From Glaucostegus cemiculus (Eukaryota): a DNA stretch of 64,000 nucleotides. The translations under genes and the position numbers were made by a program. The stretch's first letter is position 1. Each line of letters opens with the position of its first letter. Below the pieces are notes generated by a model that searched no databases, was not told the origin of the DNA, and saw nothing but the letters and a program-made list of their open reading frames with translations. Below are positions 26,216-37,964 of the stretch, one piece after another. The stretch lies in assembly GCA_976551045.1 (NCBI GenBank), contig CDPCPM010000196.1, positions 2,728,001 to 2,792,000 on the forward strand. Direction: 5' to 3'.

Positions 26216-28778
26216 GGTAAAGGTTAATATCAGGAACATATTGTTCCTGGACCATTCTAATCGGATGTGTTCTATTGGTTGGGAACAGAGCCTTATTTAC
26301 AGACTACATGTACACGCCTTGCCAAATAAAGTGCTAAGTACAGTGAAGTGGTGATTGAGTTTTCCTTAACAATTGATTACCTTTTCTCTGCGTGAGAGGG
26401 GCCGAAACTTCCGCTAATGTTTTTTGTGCTTCGTGGTTCTTACTGTGCAAGATATAGTTTTGCTGATACACGGTCAGTGCGTATGACTCATTCCCCTCCA
26501 ATGGTACTATCAACTGTCATTATATTCAGTACATTTGATGTTGTTACTATTTATAAAAAGGGGGAGCATGGCTGATTCTAAGGAAAATCAAACTCCATGG
26601 TGTGGTAGGACCACTGGTTTTGTATTGAATATTGTAGTATGAATGGATTGCCCCGAAGAACAATGAAAGAGCAAATGGAGTTCAATCAAGACAAGCCTGA
26701 GCCATAACTTCTGGGGAGAGATTGCAATCAAGGAGATACACAATAACTTGAAGAAATGTGAACGGAATAAAGCAACATACTACTGCTTCTCATCTACAGC
26801 AAGATGAGGTGATTATTACAGAGAGCATTGTACAAAAACGGAGTTATCTTTCCCAAACTGTAATATAATGCGATGTAAAGCACTGCATACAAGTCTAGTA
26901 GTCATTTGTCAGCAAGTATTTGCTCGCATCGGGGAGGGGGGCTGTATAGAGGTGATTTACTAAGATGTTGATCTGGTTGTCGGAAACTTAAACCATGAAA
27001 AGAGATGGACAAGGCACGTTTCCCTCTTATGTTTTTTTTGAAAGGTGTGCTTTAGTAATGCATATAAATTATTTTTGCTTTGTTAGAACGACTAAAAAAG
27101 AATCAATTTCTTCTTGAATAACTCAGTAGCTGCAGCTTGAATGGTTGTCACCACTCTGACTAATGGAAGATGACATTGGTTCCTGTTGTCCTGGTATGAG
27201 CAGATAGACTGAACAGAGTCCTGCTTTGCAATTTCCGACGAATTGGCAGAAAAAGCCATAAAACACTTGAAGTACTCCACAGGTCAGGTAGCATATTTTA
27301 AAAGGAAAAAAAAAATCCACTCAGAGACTCCGAGCATATCGTTTGTATGGTAAGTGGTATCAGTGGATTTGCCGTAATTTTAGCTGGGAATTTTGCCTGG
27401 ACTTTTATCCAGCCTGAATATTGTTCATTTTTTGCACTTTCGATCCGTAAGGATAGACCTGTTAGCAGAGCCTCGTAAAGTGAACGACGACAAACAAACG
27501 TAGTGGTTAATACTCGGGCATGTTACATTCTCGTGGCGAAGGATTTTAAGGCTAGTAGACATCCACATCTCAAAATACGTCATATTTTGTATCTGCACCT
27601 CATCCGTTGTTCGGAGCTTCTTTTGTATTTTCGTTAGGTGGTACAATTTGACGTGCGTTTTAGGAGCTTAGCGAAATAGGCATCACATCAGCTTCCTGAC
27701 AGTGCTGGAGACCTCAGATCAGTCGTGATTTTGACTGCGGTCTGTGTAAATATTCCACGTTCTCACATTAACTGCATAGGTTCCTCCGAGTGCATATTGG
27801 TAGCTTCTATTTGTCCTGGATGTCATCCTTCCTTCATGAAAAGGCGGCGATCAGTTTCCTGGGAGTATATTGAAGGTCTCAAACTGTGGCAGGAGACAGA
27901 GGAACAGATATACAGACAAATTCAGCTCGTGAAAGATCCTTTCAACTGCGTATTATTGAGGTCATCGGTCTTTCTCCGAGGAACAACAGGAAGCTTCCAG
28001 CTCCTCCACATATATTCAGCAGCTCTCCAGTCAGTTACTTAGTGGGAAACAGGGAGCTTTTCACTGAAGGTGTGCAGCTGTTATATTCAAATTTGAAAGC
28101 CATACAGAAGGTTGCAATTTATTCCTCAGCCATATGCTCTGAAAACTCAAGTTAAGCTAGTACTAAATGCAAGTGTCACGACTGGACGTTATCTACGAGA
28201 AAACTTAACAATTCTCAAGTGGAAACCTGCAATCCCTGTGGCCAGATGCAACACCACCATCTCTTGTCCTGTATTCAGAATACACTCCAGAATCAGAGGG
28301 CATAGACGGTTACAGAAGAGTAAGATACCATTCAGCCCATCAACTTCATTCATGAAATCCTAACATTTGCGAGCATAATGTTTCATCTCTAGTACGGGAA
28401 AGATAGTTATGTAGTTCTATGTTCTGTTGTCTGTTACCTAATCATTTTGTCTACATAAATTTCAACTCCATGACTGGCCTTTCTGTATGACCACAATTAA
28501 AAAATATGTTGCTTAAACTTACTTTGCCTTGACTTTGCTTACGAAAATGTTCAGGCAATAACCCTGGCACATTGTATGTTCACTAAGATGGTTCACAAAC
28601 AGAATTAACAGACTGCCTGCAGATATTCTGTCATACCATTCTGTGATTATAATCGGATGCATATCCGTATATTGAATTACATCTGGTACTAATGATAAGG
28701 AAATTAAGGATATTAATACGATGAACTTGTTCCTAGACAACTGAATGATAGTAATTTTATGTCCTCTTTTTGCTCCAG

Positions 28779-29554
28779 CTAGTTTGTCCACAAACGTCAT
28801 TTTCACCCAGGGAAAATGCGGTGCTGACAGTTGAGGTAATTTTCTACCATACTAATGATGGACAGCTCCCATATTTATTCCTGAAGCTAACTCTACTTTG
28901 TGGGGTTAAGTTGCCCTTCATTTTTGTGTTCATTGATTGTTCTGTCGAACTGTTACCTTCAACTTCGATCGATTTGTCATAATTTGTTGTCAGATGTTAC
29001 GAGCAAAATATTGCACGGACAAAAACGCGGTTTTGGTGATAGCAGCAGTGTGTTTCTTCAGTATTTTACAAAATATACCAGTGTATTTTCTCTATTGACC
29101 TCGAGAAATAATTGACAACGTTGCTTTGCCGTGTGTTTTGTAATCAGATCCAGACAAATTACCACTGTGGGCAGCGTATTCGTCGTTTGAAACAATTATA
29201 ATCCCATTTGAACTATAGAAATTCAATATTCTATTCAAATATCTGACAGACATACAATCTCGTAGCGTGAGGAACAAACTGCGAGGGATCAAGAATAATG
29301 AGAGTTCCACAAATCAAGAGGATGAGAAAAGGTGGAAGTCTATCATTATATTGTTTATATCAGGAAGCTTCTTGGGATTGAGGGTTACAAATTCCATTGA
29401 CTACTGCAGAACAAACAGATATATGCTGAGATATTTGAGTTCATGCACGAACACGATTATTTATGCGGTGTACTCGACAAATTTCAGGAATGAATAAAAA
29501 CATTTGATGACAGGCCCTTCAGTTCTTTTGTCGAATTCTACAAATTCTCTTTAA
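28779..29554 (+). pseudogene. GPR139-like copy 5: exon 2 only, multiple internal deletions
   Basis: Acceptor ctccag ends at 28778. Remnants FVFIDCSV, RNKLRGIKNNESSTNQEDEKRWKSII and YMLRYLSSCTNTIIYAVYSTNFRNE. The 3' intron end matches copy 4; promoter and exon 1 are absent. Confidence 0.88.
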
Positions 29555-32500
29555 TATGTCTTTGAACATAAAATTCGTTTCGGAGTACCAATACTCATTT
29601 GTATAAGATCTTATTACAGTATTCTTTTTGAATTAGTTGGAGGGTATTGAAGCCATCGAGTCTAGAGTGACTGAAGGAGTAAACCTTTAGCTGCTTATAT
29701 CCTTGCAGCATATTCTCCCACAAGCCCAATGACTTCCGACCAATAAGCCCACTGCCTAGCAGGCACAATTCCCAACGGCCAATTAACCAAACAACACGCA
29801 TGCCTTTGAGACGTGGTTAGATACCAGATCACCCGCAGTAAATCTGTACAATTGCAGAGAGAACGTGCAAATTCAACACAGACAGCACGGAATATCAGAA
29901 ACTGAACTAGGATCACTGGAGCTGCGACCAAGCAGCAGTATTGGCAAGCCTTTGCGTCGTTGCAAAGGCAATATATTTCGTATTCAGCAACTACAAGTTG
30001 AACAATTTTCACACTGACTCAAAGTTGTGACTGGCCAGGATTTTACTAAACTGACGCAATTGTTGTCATCGTGAATGAAATCCACGGCCTTCATTATGAA
30101 TGCGAATTTTCCTTTTGTTTTTTTTTCAGTCGATAATCAAGTTACAAATATCAGCAACCCAACCTATTTTATCCAATCATGTTACTCAATGGCTTTTAAA
30201 TATTTAATATCATAAACGTTTATAGTGAATGTTGCCAGCAGTGCGGCCCAGAATATGTTCAGTTTCCTGTCGACCAGTCGCCCACTGCGCTTCACGGGCT
30301 GCTGTTGAGCTCAGGCCACCGCACGTTGCTGGAACAGATAGGTGTCGCTTCGGGGTTAATGCACCGTACAGACAGAACAGGATCCAGCCCAATATCATCA
30401 AAGCTTATCCCTAATGTGTAATCATTTTGGAAAGTGGTTAATACCAATCAGGATACCAAGCCCGGGGGTACGGAAACCCAGCAGGGACGTTCTCAATATC
30501 TCCAGCCCAAGCGGTTTGTGCGCACGGAAATACTGCGAACTGAATGAACTGAGATTGGAGTGATAATGACTTCACTAAATTCATGATCGTAACTTGACTC
30601 TGTACTTCAATAATATGAGCAATATTTTGCCTGAGAAGGGTTCATTCCTGACCTTTAGTGCTGGCTGTGTGGTCTTCATACATTCTCTCTGTGACAGCAT
30701 AGGTTTGCTCCAGGTGTTCTGGTTTCATCCCACAGCTGACAGCTTAATTTGGAATTGTATGTTTCCCACAGTGTGTAAGGTCAATGGTACAATGTGAGTC
30801 GAGTTGAGGGGCATGTGAGGAGAATTTAAACATCTAGGATTAATGTTGTAGTTTTGTAAATATGTGTTCGATAGTCAGCTGGGAATCTTTGAGCAGAAGG
30901 CTTTGTTTCTGTGTTGCGTCGCTCTCTCAGACTCCATGCATACTCATGACTCCATGAATCCTGGCATTCAAACCAAGGTTCTATAGATTTTTGGGTATTG
31001 AGGGCAGCTGGGGATATGGCGGTAGGATATGGCGCGGAGTTAAATAATCAGCTATGAACTTGACAAGTGGTGAAACAGGCTTTAAAATCCGTGCGGACCA
31101 TCCCTGCTCCGAATACTTCTGTTGCAGAATGTAATTCTGAGAAAGGATTGTCTGCAGTGGTCAATTCGTTTTCCAGAGAAAACGTCGTGGGGCCAAATCA
31201 GGAATATTACCAGGTTAATTTGAAGATAAATTGTATGTTGGGGAAGTAGAAAGCTCAGAGTAGTCAGTCTTACTCTTTGTGTGTCCATGTCCAGATCTGC
31301 TTTCCATCCATCCGCGATGTGCTCTCTTCTCTTGAGCTTCGCTTCCTCATGCCATAAGGTCCTGCTAGTATCTGCGCCTAAGTCTAGTGTGAGTTACACT
31401 TGGAGCTCCTGTTCTGTCTGTCACGAATTTGATTAAAAATACGTGATGCAGTAACAATCTCGTGCATGTTGACATTAGGGAGGAGGATGTTTGTTCCTCT
31501 TCACATTCACGAAGGTGGATAAGACCCTAAGACCTGAATGGATTTACCGCTGGATTGTGAAGGATGTAAGTGTCAAGATTGGGCCTTGCCGAGTATTGGC
31601 CTGTCGAATCGGTTCCAATATTTTTGATATACATGGAAGGTCACTGGCGGGCGGTCGTCGGCTTGTTCAAAATGCACTTTTAATATAAGATAATAACATT
31701 TGCTTTGCTCCAGTCTTCTGATACACCAAAACAAAGATATTTGTCAGAGCCCCATCAAAGTTATATTTGTTTCCATATTCCAGAATCGACGGTTCGTTCA
31801 ATCTGCTGAAGAATTTCAGCGGGTTGAGCAGCATTTGAAGAGGACTCAGCTTTTCTCATCGAAAGATGAAATAACACGAGTCGCATCTCTCGCCGTTAAA
31901 TAGGGAAATATCCAGAGACGAGCAGTAGTTGGCGTGGTCGGATGACTAGACCAGAGAGATTTGACGGGAGAAATCTCTGCAAAATGCTAAAAGTGTGGGG
32001 GGTGGGGGGGGGCGAAGAGAAGAATTATGTTTCTGGTCGTAAAAGCATGTTGGAGTTCCCGTATTATACAACAGAGGATACTTCGAATGCAAGGACAGAA
32101 GATGAGGTGAGGGGAAATCTGGCCTTATTCTGTGCAGAAGGACAGGGGTGAGGTGAGAGGTGCGGGAAATATACAAGATGTGTTCAAGAGGCTTGTGCAC
32201 GGTGGTAAGTGGACACCACGATAAAGAAGGAAAATATTTGAGAATCCCATGGGAAATGTATTAGAGTCCTTAGAGGCGGGAAGGTGAGCCAAGGAGATTT
32301 TTCTGTCATGATGTCTCCATTACTCTGCTTAGTTGGGACACAGTTCACAGATCTTCCGGCGATGATAGAATCGAATAAAATGCATCATATCACTGCAAGA
32401 TGGAATATCAGTGGTGTTATTTATTCTGAAATCTCAGCTGAAGCGGTTACAAAAGAGATAGGACCGCATTAAACACGGAAATAGGAATATACAGTCTTTG

Positions 32501-33819
32501 TCGTATGGAAATATGCAGATGCGGGTACGTAATACAACACTACTTATCTCCCGACCTGCATTCAGAATAAATTCAATAATCAGAGCAACACAGAATTGTA
32601 ACAACATAGCAAGACACCACTAAGCCGGTCGCCGCCGTGCCGGCAGTATACTACGTAATTTTGGGAGCACTACATTTCATCTCCAGGCTGAAAACAAGAG
32701 CCGTTTGACGCTACTCTCTGTTGACTAAGCAAATTATTTTAGTCGTGTTGCTTTCTCTCTTTCAACACATGTTTAAAACCGAAAGGCATTTCAGGTCGCA
32801 TGTTTCCAAATGCTTGTTGGCAGTCGATGTAGCTCACATCATAAATAATTAGCTTCTCTGTACTTTCACACGAAACACACCTGATCAAGATACTTTTTCA
32901 TGATTTAACTTTAATAATTTGATTCTGTTTCCTTTATGGATTCACTGTTGTTTAAGAGACCGCGAAGCCTGTCCTTTATTGTTATTATTAAAAAATTCTC
33001 TGTCGCCAAGTTTAAACTGGTTGGTCTTCTTTTTTATTGAGTTTACCTCCAACACATTAATGAACAAGATAGTTACACCTGAATATTTCCAGCACTGTAA
33101 CGGAAGCCATGAACCCTCAGATGTTTGAAAATTTACTCAATTTACCTCTTCAATGCTGCTTGACCTGAATTCACCGTTGCATTTGTCTAACATTTCAAAT
33201 CCGATGTTGAATTCAATATGAAGACTGAGGCATACTTCGTGGCATATCTGTGATGGACAGTGTAGTCAAGAAAATATGAATTTCATGAGCTTGAATGCCG
33301 AGGCATTTTAATGTCAGTATATTCAGCTTTCTTTCAGTTTGAAGATCATTTCCTTGTTTTAAACTTTAGGTATCAATCAAAATTCCCACCGAGCTGTTCG
33401 ACTCAAACTACAAGTAATTACTTTTAAACAGTGTTGTAAGATTTGATGCAACATGCACAAAATATCATAAGAAGATCTTCTGAAATTATGCTTGTTTTTA
33501 TGAAGATGAAGACTGTGCAGTTATCCAACCCTACTCTGGAAACTATCATCTAATGGAAAACACTTGGCAAATACAGTGCACCAATTAAGACGAAACGTCA
33601 AATTTATTCCGAATCACTCTTTCACTTCGCCACTTATCTTCCAAAGCCTCAAGATTCTACACACTTGCTAAATTCACCAGTTGAATGTAATTGCGGTCCC
33701 TGTTATTGTTTTTAATCTCACATTTCGCGTTTCATTTTAGTTCGTTATCGCACGATGTAAAGAGCAGAGTGGGCATTCTTGACGTATGATATCCAATGAG
33801 CACGAAAGTAACCATGCTC

Positions 33820-33905
33820 TAATTTCTTTGTTTGCTTCCGTGATTGTCACAACCCAATCATTTTGCTCTGTTTATGCATCACAAGATTTCCCTCGGGTAT
33901 AAATT
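33820..33905 (+). promoter_or_regulatory. Core promoter of intact copy 6 (CCAAT, TTTATGCATCAC block, TATA)
   Basis: TATAAA at 33898-33903, 71 nt before the ATG (70 and 71 nt in copies 2 and 10). CCAATCA lies ~45 nt upstream of the TATA. The block recurs in front of other copies. Confidence 0.7.
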
Positions 33906-33968
33906 ATGAACTTTAAATACAAGAGACCTGTTAACACTGCTGACATAACACATCACAACTTTCCGAGC

Positions 33969-36514
33969 ATGCAACAGCCGATAGTCATTCAGATCGAAAA
34001 TATTTACTATCCTATCCTTGCCATAGTTGGCGTTCCTGGTAAGCCGCTTATTCTTCTGTCCGTGCTTCACTGTGTTTTTTTACAACTGAATGTATTGTGT
34101 GAAGTTACTTAGCTATTTGTTTTGAACATACTAATAATTGGCATGGGAAATCCAACCAACGTATGACGAATGAACGTAACATTCATAGAGCTGATGGGGA
34201 ACGGCAATTAATCTGACAATATTGTGTGCGAGATCTAAACTGGAGATACAGGCCATGAGTCCGTGTGAAGTGTCAGTACGGATGGATTGGCTATATCAGA
34301 CACCAACGGGTTTTCGGAGGATACGAATAATCTGTAAGGATAATTGGATTATCATTGTGTCTAACAAAGAGAAGCAGAAGAGTCCTTGCCATTCCCCTAA
34401 CAAAATAGCTGGCAAACTAGAAGTTTCTGCATGTTCACGAGGACTGAATTTCGACCATAGAATTGACTGGCTACTCGTAGATGATCTGCCTTACCAATCT
34501 GTAATTGCTCCCGACACCTTAATCCATGAGTTGTGTTAACAAAATCAGGACTGTATTTAATCTTCATCTACGAATCAAAGTTGGCTGATAACGAATGCTT
34601 TCCTTATGACATGGAAGAGGGTCAGTTCGATCTCTGTCACCTCAGAGAGAAATCATGTTCACCCACCAATTTTCCTTCCGAAATACTTTCCCCAAATTCC
34701 CGTCATCACCCCACTGATTCTGCAATCTAGGAGCATGTTATTTTATTAGAGCAGCCATGCAACCGACCAATTTGCTCATTTATCGAATTTGCGAGGAAGC
34801 TGGAGCACCCGAGGAAATCCATGCGGTAACGGGGAGAACGTGCAATTCCACACGCAGATCACTAGGAGTGAGGATCCAACCCGTGCCGCTGGAGCTGTTC
34901 GGCAGCAGCCCCGCCGATGTTCTTTTCTTTCTCAAGATGAAAATAACTCCCATTAGAAAGCATGTTCCATGGAAAATGAAAGTTAACGTGTCAATTGCAA
35001 GCACTACTGATGTTTGATGTATAAACCTACAAATACCCTTGACAAATATTATATCTGCAAACACTGTTCTCAAGCAGAGACTAATACTACGGATTTTAAG
35101 GATGGCCACATTTCTTACCGCAGACATCTGAGTCACACATCTAGGTCGGAATTTCAACGATGCCACAGGGTCTGAACTGGGGGAACACTTATAAAATTAT
35201 TGTCTTAATGCTGATGCTTGGTTCTGCTTCCGAAGTGACAGACAGAAGGGTAGAACATAGGGCGTGGCGCTGGAGAATAATATACATAAAATGCTACTAC
35301 TTTTGATATTAAAAATTCCACTCTGCTCAATTGAATGGGATCATAAGGTCTGACTCTATTGAATCCGTAAGTCTTTATAGCAATCGATATTTGCTCGACT
35401 GAGAATCTGTAAGTCCAGTATGTAATAAGTTGCAGGACTTTGATCAGTATTAATGGGCGAGGGGCAGAATAACGTCCATATCGACGAGACGATGGAATGA
35501 AGTATGGTTCAAGGTCAAATAATCCATGCAATTTTGTGTGATGCATCGTCAGTTCGTCATTAACCAACTAGTGCCGCTAATTTTAGTTTTGTCTTTTCGG
35601 CAGCTAATTTGCTGGCCATCGTCATTCTCCTCCGAGGAAAGTGTGGTCTCTCCAAATGCATCACTCGTTATCTGGTATCCATGGCTGCAGCTGATTTAAT
35701 GGTTTTGATCTTTGAGGTAATTCTCTACGAGATTAAAGACGGGTTTTTCCCATATTCATTCCTGAACTTAACTCCCATTTGTAGTCTCAACTTGATGTTA
35801 CTTTTTGTTTCTATTGATTGCTCTGTCTGGCTAACGGTGACTTTCACCTTTGATCGATATGTCACTATTTGTTGTCAGAAGTTACGAGTAAAATATTGCA
35901 CCGAAAAAACTGCAGCTTCGGTGATAACAGTGGTGTGTTTCATCAGTATTTTTGAAAATATCCCAATGTATTTTATCTACGTACCTCGGGAAATAATTGA
36001 CAACGTAGCATGGTCGTGTGGTGTATCCTCAGATTTCTACACTTTACCGATATGGGTGGCATTTTGGTCGATTGAAACCATTTTAACCCCATTTGCACCA
36101 TTTCTATTGATCATACTATTCAACGCCGTGACAATCAGACATATTATACAAGCTAATAGAGTGAGGAGCGGACTCCGAGGGAACAGAAAGGATGAGAATT
36201 CCGCGGATCAAGAGGTGGAGAACCGGAGGAAGTCGATCATTTTATTACTTGCTGTGTCCGGCAGCTTCATCCTGCTTTGGATGGTGATTTTTGTATGTTT
36301 TATTAGTGTACATTTCATAGATATTCAGTTCTTAAAAACAAATTACAACGACTCATTTACCATTGCAGAACAATCCGGGTACATGCTGAGGTGTTTGAGT
36401 GCTTGCACAAACACATTTATTTATGCAGTGTCCCAGACAAAATTCAGGGAGGAATTAAAAACTGTCTTGAAGAGCCCCTTCACTTTCTTGTTTAATTCAA
36501 TTAAGTCGTTTTGA
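33969..36514 (+). CDS. Intact GPR139/GPR142-like class A GPCR (copy 6), spliced join(33969..34038,35604..36514), 326 aa
   Basis: Exon 1 encodes MQQPIVIQIENIYYPILAIVGVP and ends at G|GTAAG. A 1565-nt intron ends in a pyrimidine tract + CAG. Exon 2 continues in frame (A-N, then ORF 35609..36514). Seven hydrophobic segments, N1.50, AAAD (D2.50), C3.25 plus ECL2 Cys, DRY, P5.50, FxxxW, NTFIY, KFR helix 8. Motifs YYPILAIVGVPANLL, YLVSMAAADL and SVWLTVTFTFDRY resemble GPR139 as recalled. It is a paralogue, so no symbol is given. Confidence 0.93.
34680..34915 (-). repeat. HE1-type SINE in the intron of intact copy 6
   Basis: GAGGAAGCTGGAGCACCCGAGGAAATCCATGCGGTAACGGGGAGAACGTGCAA; a similar intronic SINE occurs in copy 3 (~19500-19760). 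Confidence 0.75.
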
Positions 36515-36526
36515 TGGTTAAGTGAA

Positions 36527-36532
36527 AATAAA
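36527..36532 (+). terminator. Candidate polyadenylation signal of copy 6
   Basis: AATAAA 12 nt after the TGA, followed by a T/GT-rich stretch. Copy 2 has AATAAA overlapping its stop; copies 8 and 10 have AGTAAA at a similar place. Confidence 0.45.
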
Positions 36533-36946
36533 TTCGACTTTGTTTAATTGAATATCAATTTATTGCATCTTTCTTTCCAAGTAAGGAAGCGATTGGAACC
36601 ATCGATTATCACGGTACTACCTTCACTCCAATTCCCCACCATCTGTTTCTGCATTTTAAGCTCTCACATGCCGATCAACTGCCTACTAATTTACCCACTG
36701 TCAACCCACAGCAGGAACAATTCAAGGCAGACAATAATTCGACGAACTAGGGAATCTTTGGTATATGAGAGGAAATTGTACCACTATGAGTGTGTCGACA
36801 AGGGAGTGATGTTAGTGATTCGAATTGCTTTATTCTTGCGAAATTTATCGAGATACAGCGTAAGACTTTGTTTTGAGTTGCACTGACAGGTTATGTCCTT
36901 CGTAATTACGTCGCTGCATTAAAAAGCAAACAGATGCAGAATATAG

Positions 36947-37766
36947 TGTTACGAAACCAGCAACAAAATAAACATAGCAAGTCATATTTCAATGTTAAAA
37001 CTTCTTTATTAATAACTACTTCCGATAATACGTAAAATAAGAATAAAAAGTTAGTATATTAGTACAACAAAAATGTTAGAATCTTAAACTGTAACCCCAA
37101 AAACTCCTCGTCGTGTGTGTGTGTGGCAAATTCCTAAACTCCAAGTCCAGGAATTGGTTCTTAAAGTTCAGTTCAGTAAGCCGTAAAATGAAACACGAAT
37201 AACGGCTTCTTCACAAGCACCGTCCACCGAAGACAAAACGTTGATATAGAGAGAGCTTAGAGAGGAATCACGAGTCTGAATGTTCCACTCAGAATTCAAA
37301 CGGCACTTCAGGGCTTACTCGGTAGTGACTTTCTCACCCCGAAAACTCCTGGATCGTGACTGTCCATGCAAATACCTGTGTTCCTCTACAGGTTAGCAGC
37401 AAAGTGAATTCCGTCACTTTATGCCACGATATCTGCAACTCTGAAGAACATCCATAATGTGGTCATCCACGCAAACACCTGTGTCCTTCTACAGGTTACC
37501 GACAAAGTGGACTCCACTGGACTACTCCAGAAATCCATCCGTGGATTATAGTGACAAACACAGTTACTGTCCTTCATCCATCGACAGAAACAAAGCAGGT
37601 TGCCGTCTCTCTCCTATCTCTCTCTCCGTCTGTTTCTTTTTCTCGTTCTTGTAATAACCCCATCACGTTAGTCTTATCTTCTGTTGACGTAATACGTTCT
37701 TATAGGCGCACACACACAATGTCCCATCTTAAAGGGATATTTGCCGGTAGTAAGTACTTCGTAACA
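36947..37766 (-). mobile_element. Solo LTR, same family, 4-bp TSD ATAG
   Basis: TGTTACGAA...TTCGTAACA flanked by ATAG/ATAG; highly similar to 21433-22231 along its length. Confidence 0.9.
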
Positions 37767-37964
37767 ATAGTGTTGCAGTTACAGAGGATGTGCTGTGCAG
37801 GTTGATATATAAAGTGCAAGGGCCTGAACGAGGTATACTGGGAGATCAAGAGTTCGCAAAATGATATTTTAGCGTATGAAATGTCCGTTCAAGCATCTGA
37901 TGACTGTGTCATAGAAACTTTGCTATCTGGTCTGGTGACAGGTGCTCGCACGTTTATTGCACGT

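Noticed and set aside
33906-33968. In-frame upstream ATG giving a 21-aa longer N-terminus (MNFKYK...)
   Set aside because: It lies 2 nt after the TATA box, upstream of the expected TSS, and is not conserved in other copies; GAGCATG at 33969 is shared by copies 2, 4, 9 and 10.
35609-36514. Single-exon gene starting at TTG, as in the ORF track
   Set aside because: It lacks most of TM1; the canonical acceptor at 35603 joins exon 1 in frame.
33969-36514. Calling the gene GPR139 itself, or an OR/TAAR/V1R
   Set aside because: It lacks GPR139's WAPR motif and N-terminus and is one of many paralogues; there are no OR (MAYDRY, KAFSTC) or TAAR motifs.
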